Shown: positions 23,571-31,684 of the stretch, piece by piece
Layout of the letters: every line of letters starts with the position of its first letter
Numbering within the stretch: position 1 is the first letter of the stretch
Source: Armatimonadota bacterium
GTDB lineage: Bacteria > Armatimonadota > Hebobacteria > CAIYQO01
NCBI GenBank assembly: GCA_036504255.1
Contig: DASXVL010000178.1
Location: 1-41,928, forward strand
Direction: 5' to 3'
DNA: 41,928 nt
The notes under the pieces: generated by a model
What the model was told of the DNA's origin: nothing
Database searches by the model: none
The model's input: the letters and a program-made list of their open reading frames with translations, nothing else
Made by a program: the position numbers and the translations under genes

Positions 23571-25938
23571 GGTTCTCCTGTAGCGGCTCCGGCATCTTTC
23601 TCCGGACCACACGCTCAATTGCAGCTTGCAAGGTCTCACGGCTCACCGGCTTTTGCAGAATGCCATCATAGAGCGCCGTGTATTCGTCTTCCAGGTTCAG
23701 CGAGCCGGATAACAACATGATGCGTGTCTGCGGTCGCAGGCGGCGTACGGCAATGGCGACGACATCGCCGGTCTCTCCATACATCACCAGGTCGGTGATG
23801 ACCAGATCGAATACTTCGGCGTTACAGCATCGAATCGCCTCGGCCGCAGAATTCACGGTTTGCACCTGATGTCCCATTTGCCGCAACAATTGCCCAAGCA
23901 TCTCCGTGATCTCTTCATCATCATCCACCAGCAGGATGCGTAAGATTGGCGAAACCGCCTCGTGCGTATCCACCGACAGCGGCGAGCTACAGCGCGGCAC
24001 TTCGACACGCACGGTCGTCCCTGTGCCTTCTTCACTCTCCAGACGAATCACGCCGCCATGCTGTTGTACGATGCGATAGGATACGCTGAGCCCGAGCCCC
24101 GTCCCTTTGCCGCCTTTAGTGCTAAAAAACGGATCAAATGCCCGCGCCATGATGCCTGGCGACATGCCCACCCCGGTATCCTGCACGGATAACCAGGCGG
24201 TGCGCGTATCGGCGCCACACGACAGCGTCAGTGCCCCGCCGTTCGGCATCGCGTGCACCGCATTGGTCATCAGATTTGTCACCACTTCGCGAAATTCGAC
24301 CGCGTTGCCGGCGACCCAAATATTCGGCGGGCAATCGAACGCCAAGATGACGGCTTTGCGGTCGAGTTGTGGTTGCAGCAATTCGGCGACGTCGTGCAAG
24401 ATATCGCTCAAATGGAAGGGCAACAGGGCGGTGCCTTCGTTTTTGCGTCCGAAGACGCTCACGCGTTGAATGATCTCGCGTGCATCGAGGGTGGCGCGCT
24501 CCAGGCGTGGCAACCGGTCGTACACGTGTTGCAGGGTCGGCGCCATCTTCAAGAGTTCCAAATGACACCCGATGCCCATCAGGATATTATTGAAATCATG
24601 CGCAATGCCCGCCGCCATCTCGCCCAAGGCGCGCATCTTGGTGTCTTCGAGCATGCGCTCTTGCGCCAGTTTGAGCGCCTGGTGTGTTTCGATATTGCAC
24701 AGCGCAGTGCCGACCATGGCGGCCACCAGCATCAACCAATCGGCGTCATGGCGTGAAAACGGTCGAGGCTCCAACCGTTCCACGGTTAATATGCCGATGG
24801 TCTGCAGTTCAACGACGAGTGGAATTACGGCGATGGCATTGATCGAGCGGTTCACATTCGGATAATTCGGAAATAATTGCGGCCAATTCGTCCCTAACAG
24901 CACCGGCTTTCCGGTATGCCAGGCCACTTGCAATGGTGTATCCGCGCCAGGGCACTGACTGCCGACAGGGAAGACGGCGCCCGTCAAACGTGCGCTCAAT
25001 GTCCGCAGGACAAATGTCTGCGAGTCCGGGCGATAATCCCAGTACCCGATGCGTTCACACGGCAACGCTTGCCGCACCTGTTCGAACACGGCGAGCAAAA
25101 TGTCGTTGGCGCTGTGAGTGACCGTCAGCATGCGTGCTAAGTGATTCAGTACGCGCTGCCAGGTCGCCGGGTTGGGGAACTCGCCATAGCGCGAGAGACG
25201 CGCTAACGCTTGTTCCGCGGTACGTACCAATAACAGCGTGGCGAGAATCAAAGCTGCCGCTTCTTCAGGTGGGGGGGAAAGCTCGATGAGCGCGAACAGC
25301 TTGTCGGCGGCCTTCAGCGGAAAGATGACCTGGTTTTCATGCACGACCGGTACACCGCGCTGTGCGGCCTCAGTGAGTTCGTGGCGCTTTCCCAGTACCG
25401 AGTGGCTACTCGCATCGCCCTGCGCTACTTCAATCAACGGACTATCATCGTTGATAAATCGCCACACATTGATCGATGTTGGCGAGGTGAGCGCGTGGAG
25501 CTCGGCGATGAGTTGCGCCAGTACCTCCCCCGGGTCCGACAGCATGGCCATTGCGTGTAACGCCGTCAGGGAAAATAAGGGATGCTGCAGCCAGGGGAGC
25601 AAACGGTGAAGCCAGCGGGCGCGGTCATCCGGGGCCAGCGCTGTTTGTCCCTGCAGTACCGTATGTAGCGCGAGCAGCCCGAGGCGTTGCGTCTCATCCA
25701 CCGGCAAATGGGTATATCGGGGATCAAATGCCTGCTCAGCCAGGGTGGCCATGTGCAACGCCTCTGTCGGCGCAAGGGGGGAGGCATCGTGAATGAGCGC
25801 CTCGACAAAAAGGCGTAAGTAACCGGAAACGTCGTCATCGGGTTGATGAGACGCTTCGCAAAGTAAAGCCAACCATTGTGTTGTCCAGGCATCCCCGATG
25901 TTCATGTCGGCGGCGGAGATTAACGGAGAATTGTGCAT
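23563..25938 (-). CDS. hybrid sensor histidine kinase (unknown N-terminal domain, GAF, HisKA, HATPase_c, C-terminal REC)
   Basis: H-box IAHDFNNILMGI. NLMTNAVHAM, VQDTGVGMSP and GGKGTGLGLSVS. C-terminal receiver with ILLVDDDEE, LVITDLVM, MLLSGS and ILQKP. Confidence 0.85.
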   Translation of the reverse strand: MHNSPLISAADMNIGDAWTTQWLALLCEASHQPDDDVSGYLRLFVEALIHDASPLAPTEALHMATLAEQAFDPRYTHLPVDETQRLGLLALHTVLQGQTALAPDDRARWLHRLLPWLQHPLFSLTALHAMAMLSDPGEVLAQLIAELHALTSPTSINVWRFINDDSPLIEVAQGDASSHSVLGKRHELTEAAQRGVPVVHENQVIFPLKAADKLFALIELSPPPEEAAALILATLLLVRTAEQALARLSRYGEFPNPATWQRVLNHLARMLTVTHSANDILLAVFEQVRQALPCERIGYWDYRPDSQTFVLRTLSARLTGAVFPVGSQCPGADTPLQVAWHTGKPVLLGTNWPQLFPNYPNVNRSINAIAVIPLVVELQTIGILTVERLEPRPFSRHDADWLMLVAAMVGTALCNIETHQALKLAQERMLEDTKMRALGEMAAGIAHDFNNILMGIGCHLELLKMAPTLQHVYDRLPRLERATLDAREIIQRVSVFGRKNEGTALLPFHLSDILHDVAELLQPQLDRKAVILAFDCPPNIWVAGNAVEFREVVTNLMTNAVHAMPNGGALTLSCGADTRTAWLSVQDTGVGMSPGIMARAFDPFFSTKGGKGTGLGLSVSYRIVQQHGGVIRLESEEGTGTTVRVEVPRCSSPLSVDTHEAVSPILRILLVDDDEEITEMLGQLLRQMGHQVQTVNSAAEAIRCCNAEVFDLVITDLVMYGETGDVVAIAVRRLRPQTRIMLLSGSLNLEDEYTALYDGILQKPVSRETLQAAIERVVRRKMPEPLQENHG

Positions 25939-26124
25939 GGCGGGCGCTGGCTCACAATCGCAGAAATCCCAGGATTGGGAGAAGTGCTTCTCTTAGTACT
26001 ACTACCGTACTCCGAAAACGGTGCTTTAGATTTACGCTCATCGCAGCTTGTATGGCAAAATAGCGTTCTATCGGCGCTTACGCTCGATTGGCGAATGTAA
26101 ATCGTGAAGTACGGTAGTAATATT

Positions 26125-26286
26125 AGGGCGCACCAGGGAATACCCTCGACATTTTGCCGTGTCCGCTTGGCCCCTGGCGTTGTTGAGTGTGCTGAAAATA
26201 TGACCTCATATGTCTGCGCACGCTCGCCTAGCCAGCGGCCAAGCGTCCTGCGGCATAATTGTCGAGGTTATTCCCTGGTGCGCCCT
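26125..26286. repeat. MITE-like long imperfect palindrome (27-nt terminal inverted repeats with 1 mismatch, plus internal pairing)
   Basis: AGGGCGCACCAGGGAATACCCTCGACA (26125-26151) against the reverse complement of 26260-26286, AGGGCGCACCAGGGAATAACCTCGACA. Inner arms GCCG..CGCTTGGCC.CTGGC also pair. Confidence 0.6.
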
Positions 26287-26351
26287 TATTATTGTAACAT
26301 ATTCCATTCCTTTGGGGTAGCTGCGCCGATTATCTCCCTCGTACGCTAAGC

Positions 26352-26380
26352 TTGTCGGGTGAGCATGGTTGCTTTATACT
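26352..26380 (+). promoter_or_regulatory. candidate sigma70 promoter for the porin-like gene
   Basis: TTGTCG (26352-26357), a 17-nt spacer, then TATACT (26375-26380), about 90 nt upstream of the ATG at 26468. Confidence 0.4.
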
Positions 26381-26384
26381 ACTG

Positions 26385-26408
26385 ACGAAAGCGGAAAAAC
26401 GCTTTCGT
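26385..26408 (+). promoter_or_regulatory. perfect 9-bp hairpin in the predicted 5' UTR of the porin-like gene
   Basis: ACGAAAGCG - GAAAAA - CGCTTTCGT, immediately downstream of the candidate -10 element. Confidence 0.3.
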
Positions 26409-26467
26409 TATCTGCGTCGATACATGCGAATCACTGACGACACTCTTATGAAGCAAGGAACACGATC

Positions 26468-27457
26468 ATGCAACGAAAAAGTCTTCTCCTCCCTGTGCTG
26501 ATAGCCATCAGCCTCATGTTTGGCGTAACGGCAGGCGCGCAAAGCAACTTCAGCGCCCTTCCGGTATTGAGTAACCTGGCCTTCGGCTGGTCCTCCATGA
26601 GTGGCGTGGACCCCACGCTCAATATGCTCACCGCCTTTGCCCCCACCATGGTGGGCCTCTCGGAGGCCGGCTACCGCAACGGGGTGGAAGGCGTCAAAGG
26701 GCGAATGACGTTTGGCGATCTCAAAATCGACAACAACTTTGAGTCGGCCATCACGACGGTCGGTCCCGGCCTCTTCCGGCTTGGCCACTATGGCTACAAC
26801 AGCAACACGGCCGCCATCCCGAATCTCGGTTTACCCCCCGGCGTTTTGACGCATACACGCGGCGACGCCATTGAACTTGCCTATGCGCAAACGATCCACA
26901 ATACCACCATTGGCCTAAGCGTGGTACCGCAAGATTCTACCAGCATCCAAGCGGTGGGTGGTGGCACGACGCTGATCGCCGGTGAGGCGAAAACCGACTT
27001 CGGCGGACGGATCGGTTTTATCCAGCGCCTGCCGCACGGCGTCCGTGTCGGAGCGGATTATAGCTATCAGAAGGGCACCGCGACAGCGGACACGCTGCCG
27101 CCGTTTCCGCCAACCACGTCTTCCGATGAATACATCACCCGCGCCGCCACCTATGGCGCCTCCTGGCAAGCGCGCCCTGACACCATTGTGTATGGGTCAT
27201 ACCAGAACCTGCTGGCGACCGGGCATACCTTCGGGAGTCGTAACGCGAATCAACTCTGGTTTGGCACGCAACACGATCTTTCAAAATCGGTGGCGATCCG
27301 CCTCAATTACCTCGATGGTGGCCAGAATTATTCCGTGCAATGGAAAACGAAGGTCGGCTTGCTCAACGTGGCGTATACCCATAAGGCGCTACGCAATGCC
27401 GAGGAAATCTTGGGCAGCGGCGATGCCCTCTTTGGCGCACTGGCGTTAGCCTGGTAA
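26468..27457 (+). CDS. secreted beta-barrel (porin/OMP-like) protein of unknown family
   Basis: Signal peptide MQRKSLLLPVLIAISLMFGVTAGAQS. Alternating hydrophobic/polar strands rich in G/Y/T. C-terminal aromatic residue (..FGALALAW). AAGGAA RBS. Confidence 0.45.
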   Translation: MQRKSLLLPVLIAISLMFGVTAGAQSNFSALPVLSNLAFGWSSMSGVDPTLNMLTAFAPTMVGLSEAGYRNGVEGVKGRMTFGDLKIDNNFESAITTVGPGLFRLGHYGYNSNTAAIPNLGLPPGVLTHTRGDAIELAYAQTIHNTTIGLSVVPQDSTSIQAVGGGTTLIAGEAKTDFGGRIGFIQRLPHGVRVGADYSYQKGTATADTLPPFPPTTSSDEYITRAATYGASWQARPDTIVYGSYQNLLATGHTFGSRNANQLWFGTQHDLSKSVAIRLNYLDGGQNYSVQWKTKVGLLNVAYTHKALRNAEEILGSGDALFGALALAW

Positions 27458-27479
27458 CACGACTCGCAATAAGAATGCA

Positions 27480-27521
27480 AAGACGATGGCGCCCCCTGCT
27501 TGCGGGGGGCGCCATCGTCTT
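27480..27521. terminator. bidirectional terminator hairpin between convergent genes
   Basis: AAGACGATGGCGCCCCC - loop - GGGGGCGCCATCGTCTT (17-bp perfect stem), between the stops at 27457 (+) and 27540 (-). Confidence 0.6.
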
Positions 27522-27539
27522 ACGTGAAGCGGCCGGCGA

Positions 27540-28976
27540 TTACGGCCGGTTTTTGAGTTGGCCATCCAGCCAGCGCCATGCACGACGGTCAAATTCACCC
27601 GACCAATCATGCCCCAGTCCGGGAAGCGGCGTGATCTGCTTGATCTTGCTGCCCAAGCGTTGGTAGACGGCAAACACGCCGCTGGGCGGTGAGACGGGAT
27701 CAACGAGCCCGACGTTCATATAGACGGGACACACCACATCCGGCGCGAAGTTCAAGATATCGTAATACGCCAGACAGAGATGCTCCGGTATGGCCGGCAA
27801 GGCCGGGGGCATGGGGAGGTCCATGCCGTCTTGTGGGGGCTTCGCGGCATTGGAAGCCTTAGCCCATTCCAGATAGGGCAGGTACGCGTTATGCGCGATC
27901 GCCGGAACGGAGGCGGCCACACGGTGATCCAACGCCGCGAGCACAATCGAGAGACGCCCCCCCTGGCTTCCGCCGGCAATGGCGATGCGCGTGGGGTCGA
28001 CATCCGGGCGCGAGACCAGATAGTTGATGGCCTGTATGCAGTTCAGGTACACCCGGTAGTAGTAATAGGCCGACGTCGGGGTAAATATCGGCTCGGTATA
28101 ATACCCCGGCAGCAGCGGGTACTTGCCGGGCAGGTCCACGTCCTGGCCATGTACTTGCAGGTCGAACGCGAGATAGCCGTGCCGTGCCTGCTCCAGTGGG
28201 ATGGGACGCGCGCTAAATCCGGCGCCCGGCAACACCAGCAGCGCGGGGAAACGCCCGTCGCCTTTGGGTTTCGCCAGCCACCCATACATGCGCAACCCAC
28301 CCACACCGGCAAAGCTCACCTTGGCGGCTTCGACTTCCTCGACCCGGTGGCCGGTGGGATCGTAATCGGCAGGCAATGACGCGTGCTCCAGGTTATAGGC
28401 ATCAATCTCTTTTTTACCGAATGTCTGCAACGGTCTGACTTCTGCCGCCAATGGCACTTTGGCCAATTCAGCTTTGGCGTTCGCCCAGAACTGCTCGAAA
28501 TCCACCGGGCGCGAGCTGCGAATAGGCATTTCACTCACCCGGTAACCAAACGTGCAGATGCCATCCATCTCTTTGACATCGCCGGAGTTGAATAACACCC
28601 GCACATCATAGAAGCCGGGGAAGAGCTTCGCGGTCGGAATGCGGATAATGAACAGGTTCGCGGGTTGCGCTTGGGCGACCCCGGTCAGAAACGGCTGTTT
28701 GAACATGTTGCGGGCCACGGTCCAGCGCAGCCCCACACTCCGTAGTCCGGCATGGCAGTAGAGGACGATCTCTTTTTGCTTATCGAACAGGAGCGAATCG
28801 GACGTTGGGCTATAGAAATACAATTCCGCTTTTTGCGGGGGAGACGGCTTGGAGGCGTAGGGCCCCCACACGTTGGATTCCAATGCGCGAACGCCGCTGC
28901 AAACGAGCAGCAGACAGAGACACGCGCACATGCTCCATACTGGGATGGACAAGCGTCGAGTCAACGATGACATCAT
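27540..28976 (-). CDS. secreted acetyl-xylan-esterase-like alpha/beta hydrolase (CE7/AXE1-like)
   Basis: Signal peptide with a hydrophobic core. Nucleophile motif IAGGSQGG. YYYRVYLNCIQAINYL, and a C-terminal GLVDPVSPP...GHDW consistent with the Ser-Asp-His triad layout of AXE1. GGAGG RBS. Confidence 0.65.
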   Translation of the reverse strand: MMSSLTRRLSIPVWSMCACLCLLLVCSGVRALESNVWGPYASKPSPPQKAELYFYSPTSDSLLFDKQKEIVLYCHAGLRSVGLRWTVARNMFKQPFLTGVAQAQPANLFIIRIPTAKLFPGFYDVRVLFNSGDVKEMDGICTFGYRVSEMPIRSSRPVDFEQFWANAKAELAKVPLAAEVRPLQTFGKKEIDAYNLEHASLPADYDPTGHRVEEVEAAKVSFAGVGGLRMYGWLAKPKGDGRFPALLVLPGAGFSARPIPLEQARHGYLAFDLQVHGQDVDLPGKYPLLPGYYTEPIFTPTSAYYYYRVYLNCIQAINYLVSRPDVDPTRIAIAGGSQGGRLSIVLAALDHRVAASVPAIAHNAYLPYLEWAKASNAAKPPQDGMDLPMPPALPAIPEHLCLAYYDILNFAPDVVCPVYMNVGLVDPVSPPSGVFAVYQRLGSKIKQITPLPGLGHDWSGEFDRRAWRWLDGQLKNRP

Positions 28977-29061
28977 AGAAAACCCTCCTCGTGCAATTTC
29001 GTGCCCCGCACGCGCAACTGACGCGTACGGCGGCGTGCATTATGATAAAGGGGCATTATCT

Positions 29062-31506
29062 TCAGCGGTTCTCCACGCCAATCCAAAGAGCATGAATCCC
29101 TGCCACAAAACCACGATCGGCCCACCAATCGGCCAGCACCGCTTGCTGGTCGGCCTTGCAGGAGAACGTGAGCGTACCGTCAGGGCGAATCCAGCTGGGG
29201 TCAATCGTGACGCTGTACCAGGCAGCAGCTTCCCAGGGATCGGTGGGCAGCGCCCAATCCGGCTGGGGTCGCCGCGCAATGGCGACTTTATAGCGCGCGC
29301 CTAACGCGCAGGGGTCGAAGCTGTGCAGTACCAAGCGCAGTGTGCGGTGCTGGCACAGCGCCTCCTGCAGGCCATGTACCTTCACCGATAGGCCGCGCGG
29401 GTGTACCCAGAAACTCTTGCCGGGTCCATAGGCCAACGCGCCGTCGCCATATTCATGCGCGGTGAGGCCGGCAATCTGTGTCTGCACGTCATCGTAGTCC
29501 ACCGCGCGACTGCGGCTGCCCAGCGGCAAACGCGCGCCACAGCCCACCGCCAGCAACACCTGCTCTTCGCGCCAGCCCGTCTGCGTGAGCATTGCCGCAT
29601 GCAGCTCGCGCAAATGCTCGTCGATTTGCGCCGACCAGCTGGGATCGAGCACATCGACGCCCGCCACCAGCGACTGTACCGCGTGCGCGGTCGCCGCCGT
29701 CGGCGCGATGTCCGCACCGTCTACCCCCCAGAAGCGGTACCAGGTGCGGTGCGGACCAAAGGTCAACGACAACTCGCCGGACAGCACGGGACCGAGTACC
29801 GCTTGCGGGCCATCTACGACTGCCGGGCGTTGCAGCGCCACGGGAATGGTGACATCGCGGAGCAATGGGCGGTCGAGATGCAGATAGGTATGCCGGCGCT
29901 CGCCCACGCCCAACGTCTTCGTCTGCCACCACTGCGGGCGGTCAGACGGCACGACGGGCAACGCCGCCAATGAAATGACTGCTTCACCCTGCCACCCCGC
30001 CGGAACTTCCAACACGGCATGGCGTCGCTCATCATCCAACACGGTGACCGGCGTCACCGTAAACGGCGCGGCGTCGAGGGGCATGGCATCCCACAGCGCC
30101 ACCGGAATCGCGCGGGTGAGCGGAGCCGTGGCGACAATTCGCAACTGGCGCTCGTCGCGCGTGACCGACAATGCATGCCGATCAGCCGCCGTCCAATCCT
30201 CCGGGACATCGATGGCGGCGGTCGGATATGACCACGGCATGGTGTAGTCATAATGGAACCAGGGCAGCGCTTCTCCCTCACGCAGTAACGCCTTATAGTC
30301 GGCACGTTCGATAACAATAGCATCGCCGACTACGCCGGGCTTCCCCATGGTGCGTGCGCCGGCCCAGGTATCGCGCTGATGCAGCACGCGCTCAGCGAAC
30401 ACGGGGATATGCCGCTCATAATAGGCCAGCACATCTCGGCTGGCGGCAAAGACCACGGGCTGCGACCTGGCTATGTCGATCAAGCGCTCTAGGCCGCGCC
30501 GATTATGGTCAGTCATATTCGCCACCCCAAAGGTGCGTCCGAATTCGAACCCGGCGACAAAGAAGACGGGGTAGTCGCGGTTCTCGACGGCATTACTGAC
30601 GGTGTCGCGCGCGAACTGCTCGAAACGCACGGGGTTCGCTCCGGTCTCGCTCGAACGGTGCCAACGCAGCGTATGGGACGGCGAGAGGACAAAGTCGCCC
30701 CAGTGGGTCAGATGCGGCAGGAGCACCTGGTAATGGTTCATCGTCATGGCGAGCACGCCATCGGGCGCATAGGCCTCGGGCTTACGGAAATCATCCCGCG
30801 CCACCCAGAACGGCGCCGTCGGCATGCCCCAATGATTGATCGCCCACTCGCCGTCCGACCAGTTCTGTTCAGGAATGATCGAATGCAGGATGCGGATGTG
30901 CGCCTCGCGGCAGCCGTCAACAAAACGGTTGCACGGGGTATAGCTGGCAATACGATCCAGCGGTTGATATCCGAGCGAGGTCCACCAGGTTTGCAACGCG
31001 CACAAGCGCCGGGTGATTTCCGGCAAGGGCAACGTCTCCCAATTCGGGTCCTCGTGCGCCAGGTCCGGCGAGATCATCCCCAAGCTGTTGGCATGCACAT
31101 GCGGGTGGATGGCGTCACCAAAACACCGTTCATAGTTCACCCAGCGCGCCTCGCTTGCTTGGTTGAGCGTGACATAATAATCCACCGGCACGCGTGCGGT
31201 ATGCACGACTTCATCAAAATCCTCAGCGGAAAACGCGCCGATGGTTAATTGGCACACCGCCCAACCGGGCGCTACCACGCCGATATAGCGCGTGATCGTC
31301 TCCGCAGCGGTGGCATACTCGACCTCGTACGAGCCAGCGTCGGTGGGTGTCCATGTCACACCCGCATGGGTGATGGCACCCTCCCGAAGGACATGCCCGT
31401 CGCTGCACGCAGCATGCCGCCGAATGGTCAGCGTGCCGGGGACGGTGGCGGAAAGCGTCACGGCTTCGCCGAGGTTGACAAGAGCGCCTGGTGTGATGGA
31501 TAACAT
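29062..31506 (-). CDS. large hypothetical protein (814 aa), possibly carbohydrate-active; no family recognised
   Basis: Long uninterrupted ORF in the same orientation as the flanking CAZyme genes. Ig-like N-terminal about 80 aa. No signal peptide and no recognisable catalytic signature. Confidence 0.6.
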   Translation of the reverse strand: MLSITPGALVNLGEAVTLSATVPGTLTIRRHAACSDGHVLREGAITHAGVTWTPTDAGSYEVEYATAAETITRYIGVVAPGWAVCQLTIGAFSAEDFDEVVHTARVPVDYYVTLNQASEARWVNYERCFGDAIHPHVHANSLGMISPDLAHEDPNWETLPLPEITRRLCALQTWWTSLGYQPLDRIASYTPCNRFVDGCREAHIRILHSIIPEQNWSDGEWAINHWGMPTAPFWVARDDFRKPEAYAPDGVLAMTMNHYQVLLPHLTHWGDFVLSPSHTLRWHRSSETGANPVRFEQFARDTVSNAVENRDYPVFFVAGFEFGRTFGVANMTDHNRRGLERLIDIARSQPVVFAASRDVLAYYERHIPVFAERVLHQRDTWAGARTMGKPGVVGDAIVIERADYKALLREGEALPWFHYDYTMPWSYPTAAIDVPEDWTAADRHALSVTRDERQLRIVATAPLTRAIPVALWDAMPLDAAPFTVTPVTVLDDERRHAVLEVPAGWQGEAVISLAALPVVPSDRPQWWQTKTLGVGERRHTYLHLDRPLLRDVTIPVALQRPAVVDGPQAVLGPVLSGELSLTFGPHRTWYRFWGVDGADIAPTAATAHAVQSLVAGVDVLDPSWSAQIDEHLRELHAAMLTQTGWREEQVLLAVGCGARLPLGSRSRAVDYDDVQTQIAGLTAHEYGDGALAYGPGKSFWVHPRGLSVKVHGLQEALCQHRTLRLVLHSFDPCALGARYKVAIARRPQPDWALPTDPWEAAAWYSVTIDPSWIRPDGTLTFSCKADQQAVLADWWADRGFVAGIHALWIGVENR

Positions 31507-31684
31507 CGATCGATACAGTTCCTTCAGTCAAAACACGAAATCGCACCGCGCAAGCGGCGGTAAGGGCATGGAGGCCACCAAGCTTGGTAGCCTCCATCAC
31601 CGATACCCCACACGCAATATCGGGTACGAAACCTGGAAACGCTATATTGTACTACAAGTAATCTGATTCGCCCAAGGCATCGCG

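Noticed and set aside
26104-26349. 81-aa ORF spanning the palindromic element.
   Set aside because: It reads straight through both inverted-repeat arms and has no RBS. It is an artefact of the repeat.
31568-31597. Hairpin ATGGAGGCCACC-AAGCTT-GGTAGCCTCCAT between the 690-aa and 814-aa genes.
   Set aside because: It is a real stem, but neither strand has a U-tract. I cannot tell whether it terminates, attenuates or just stabilises the transcript, so it is not listed as a terminator.
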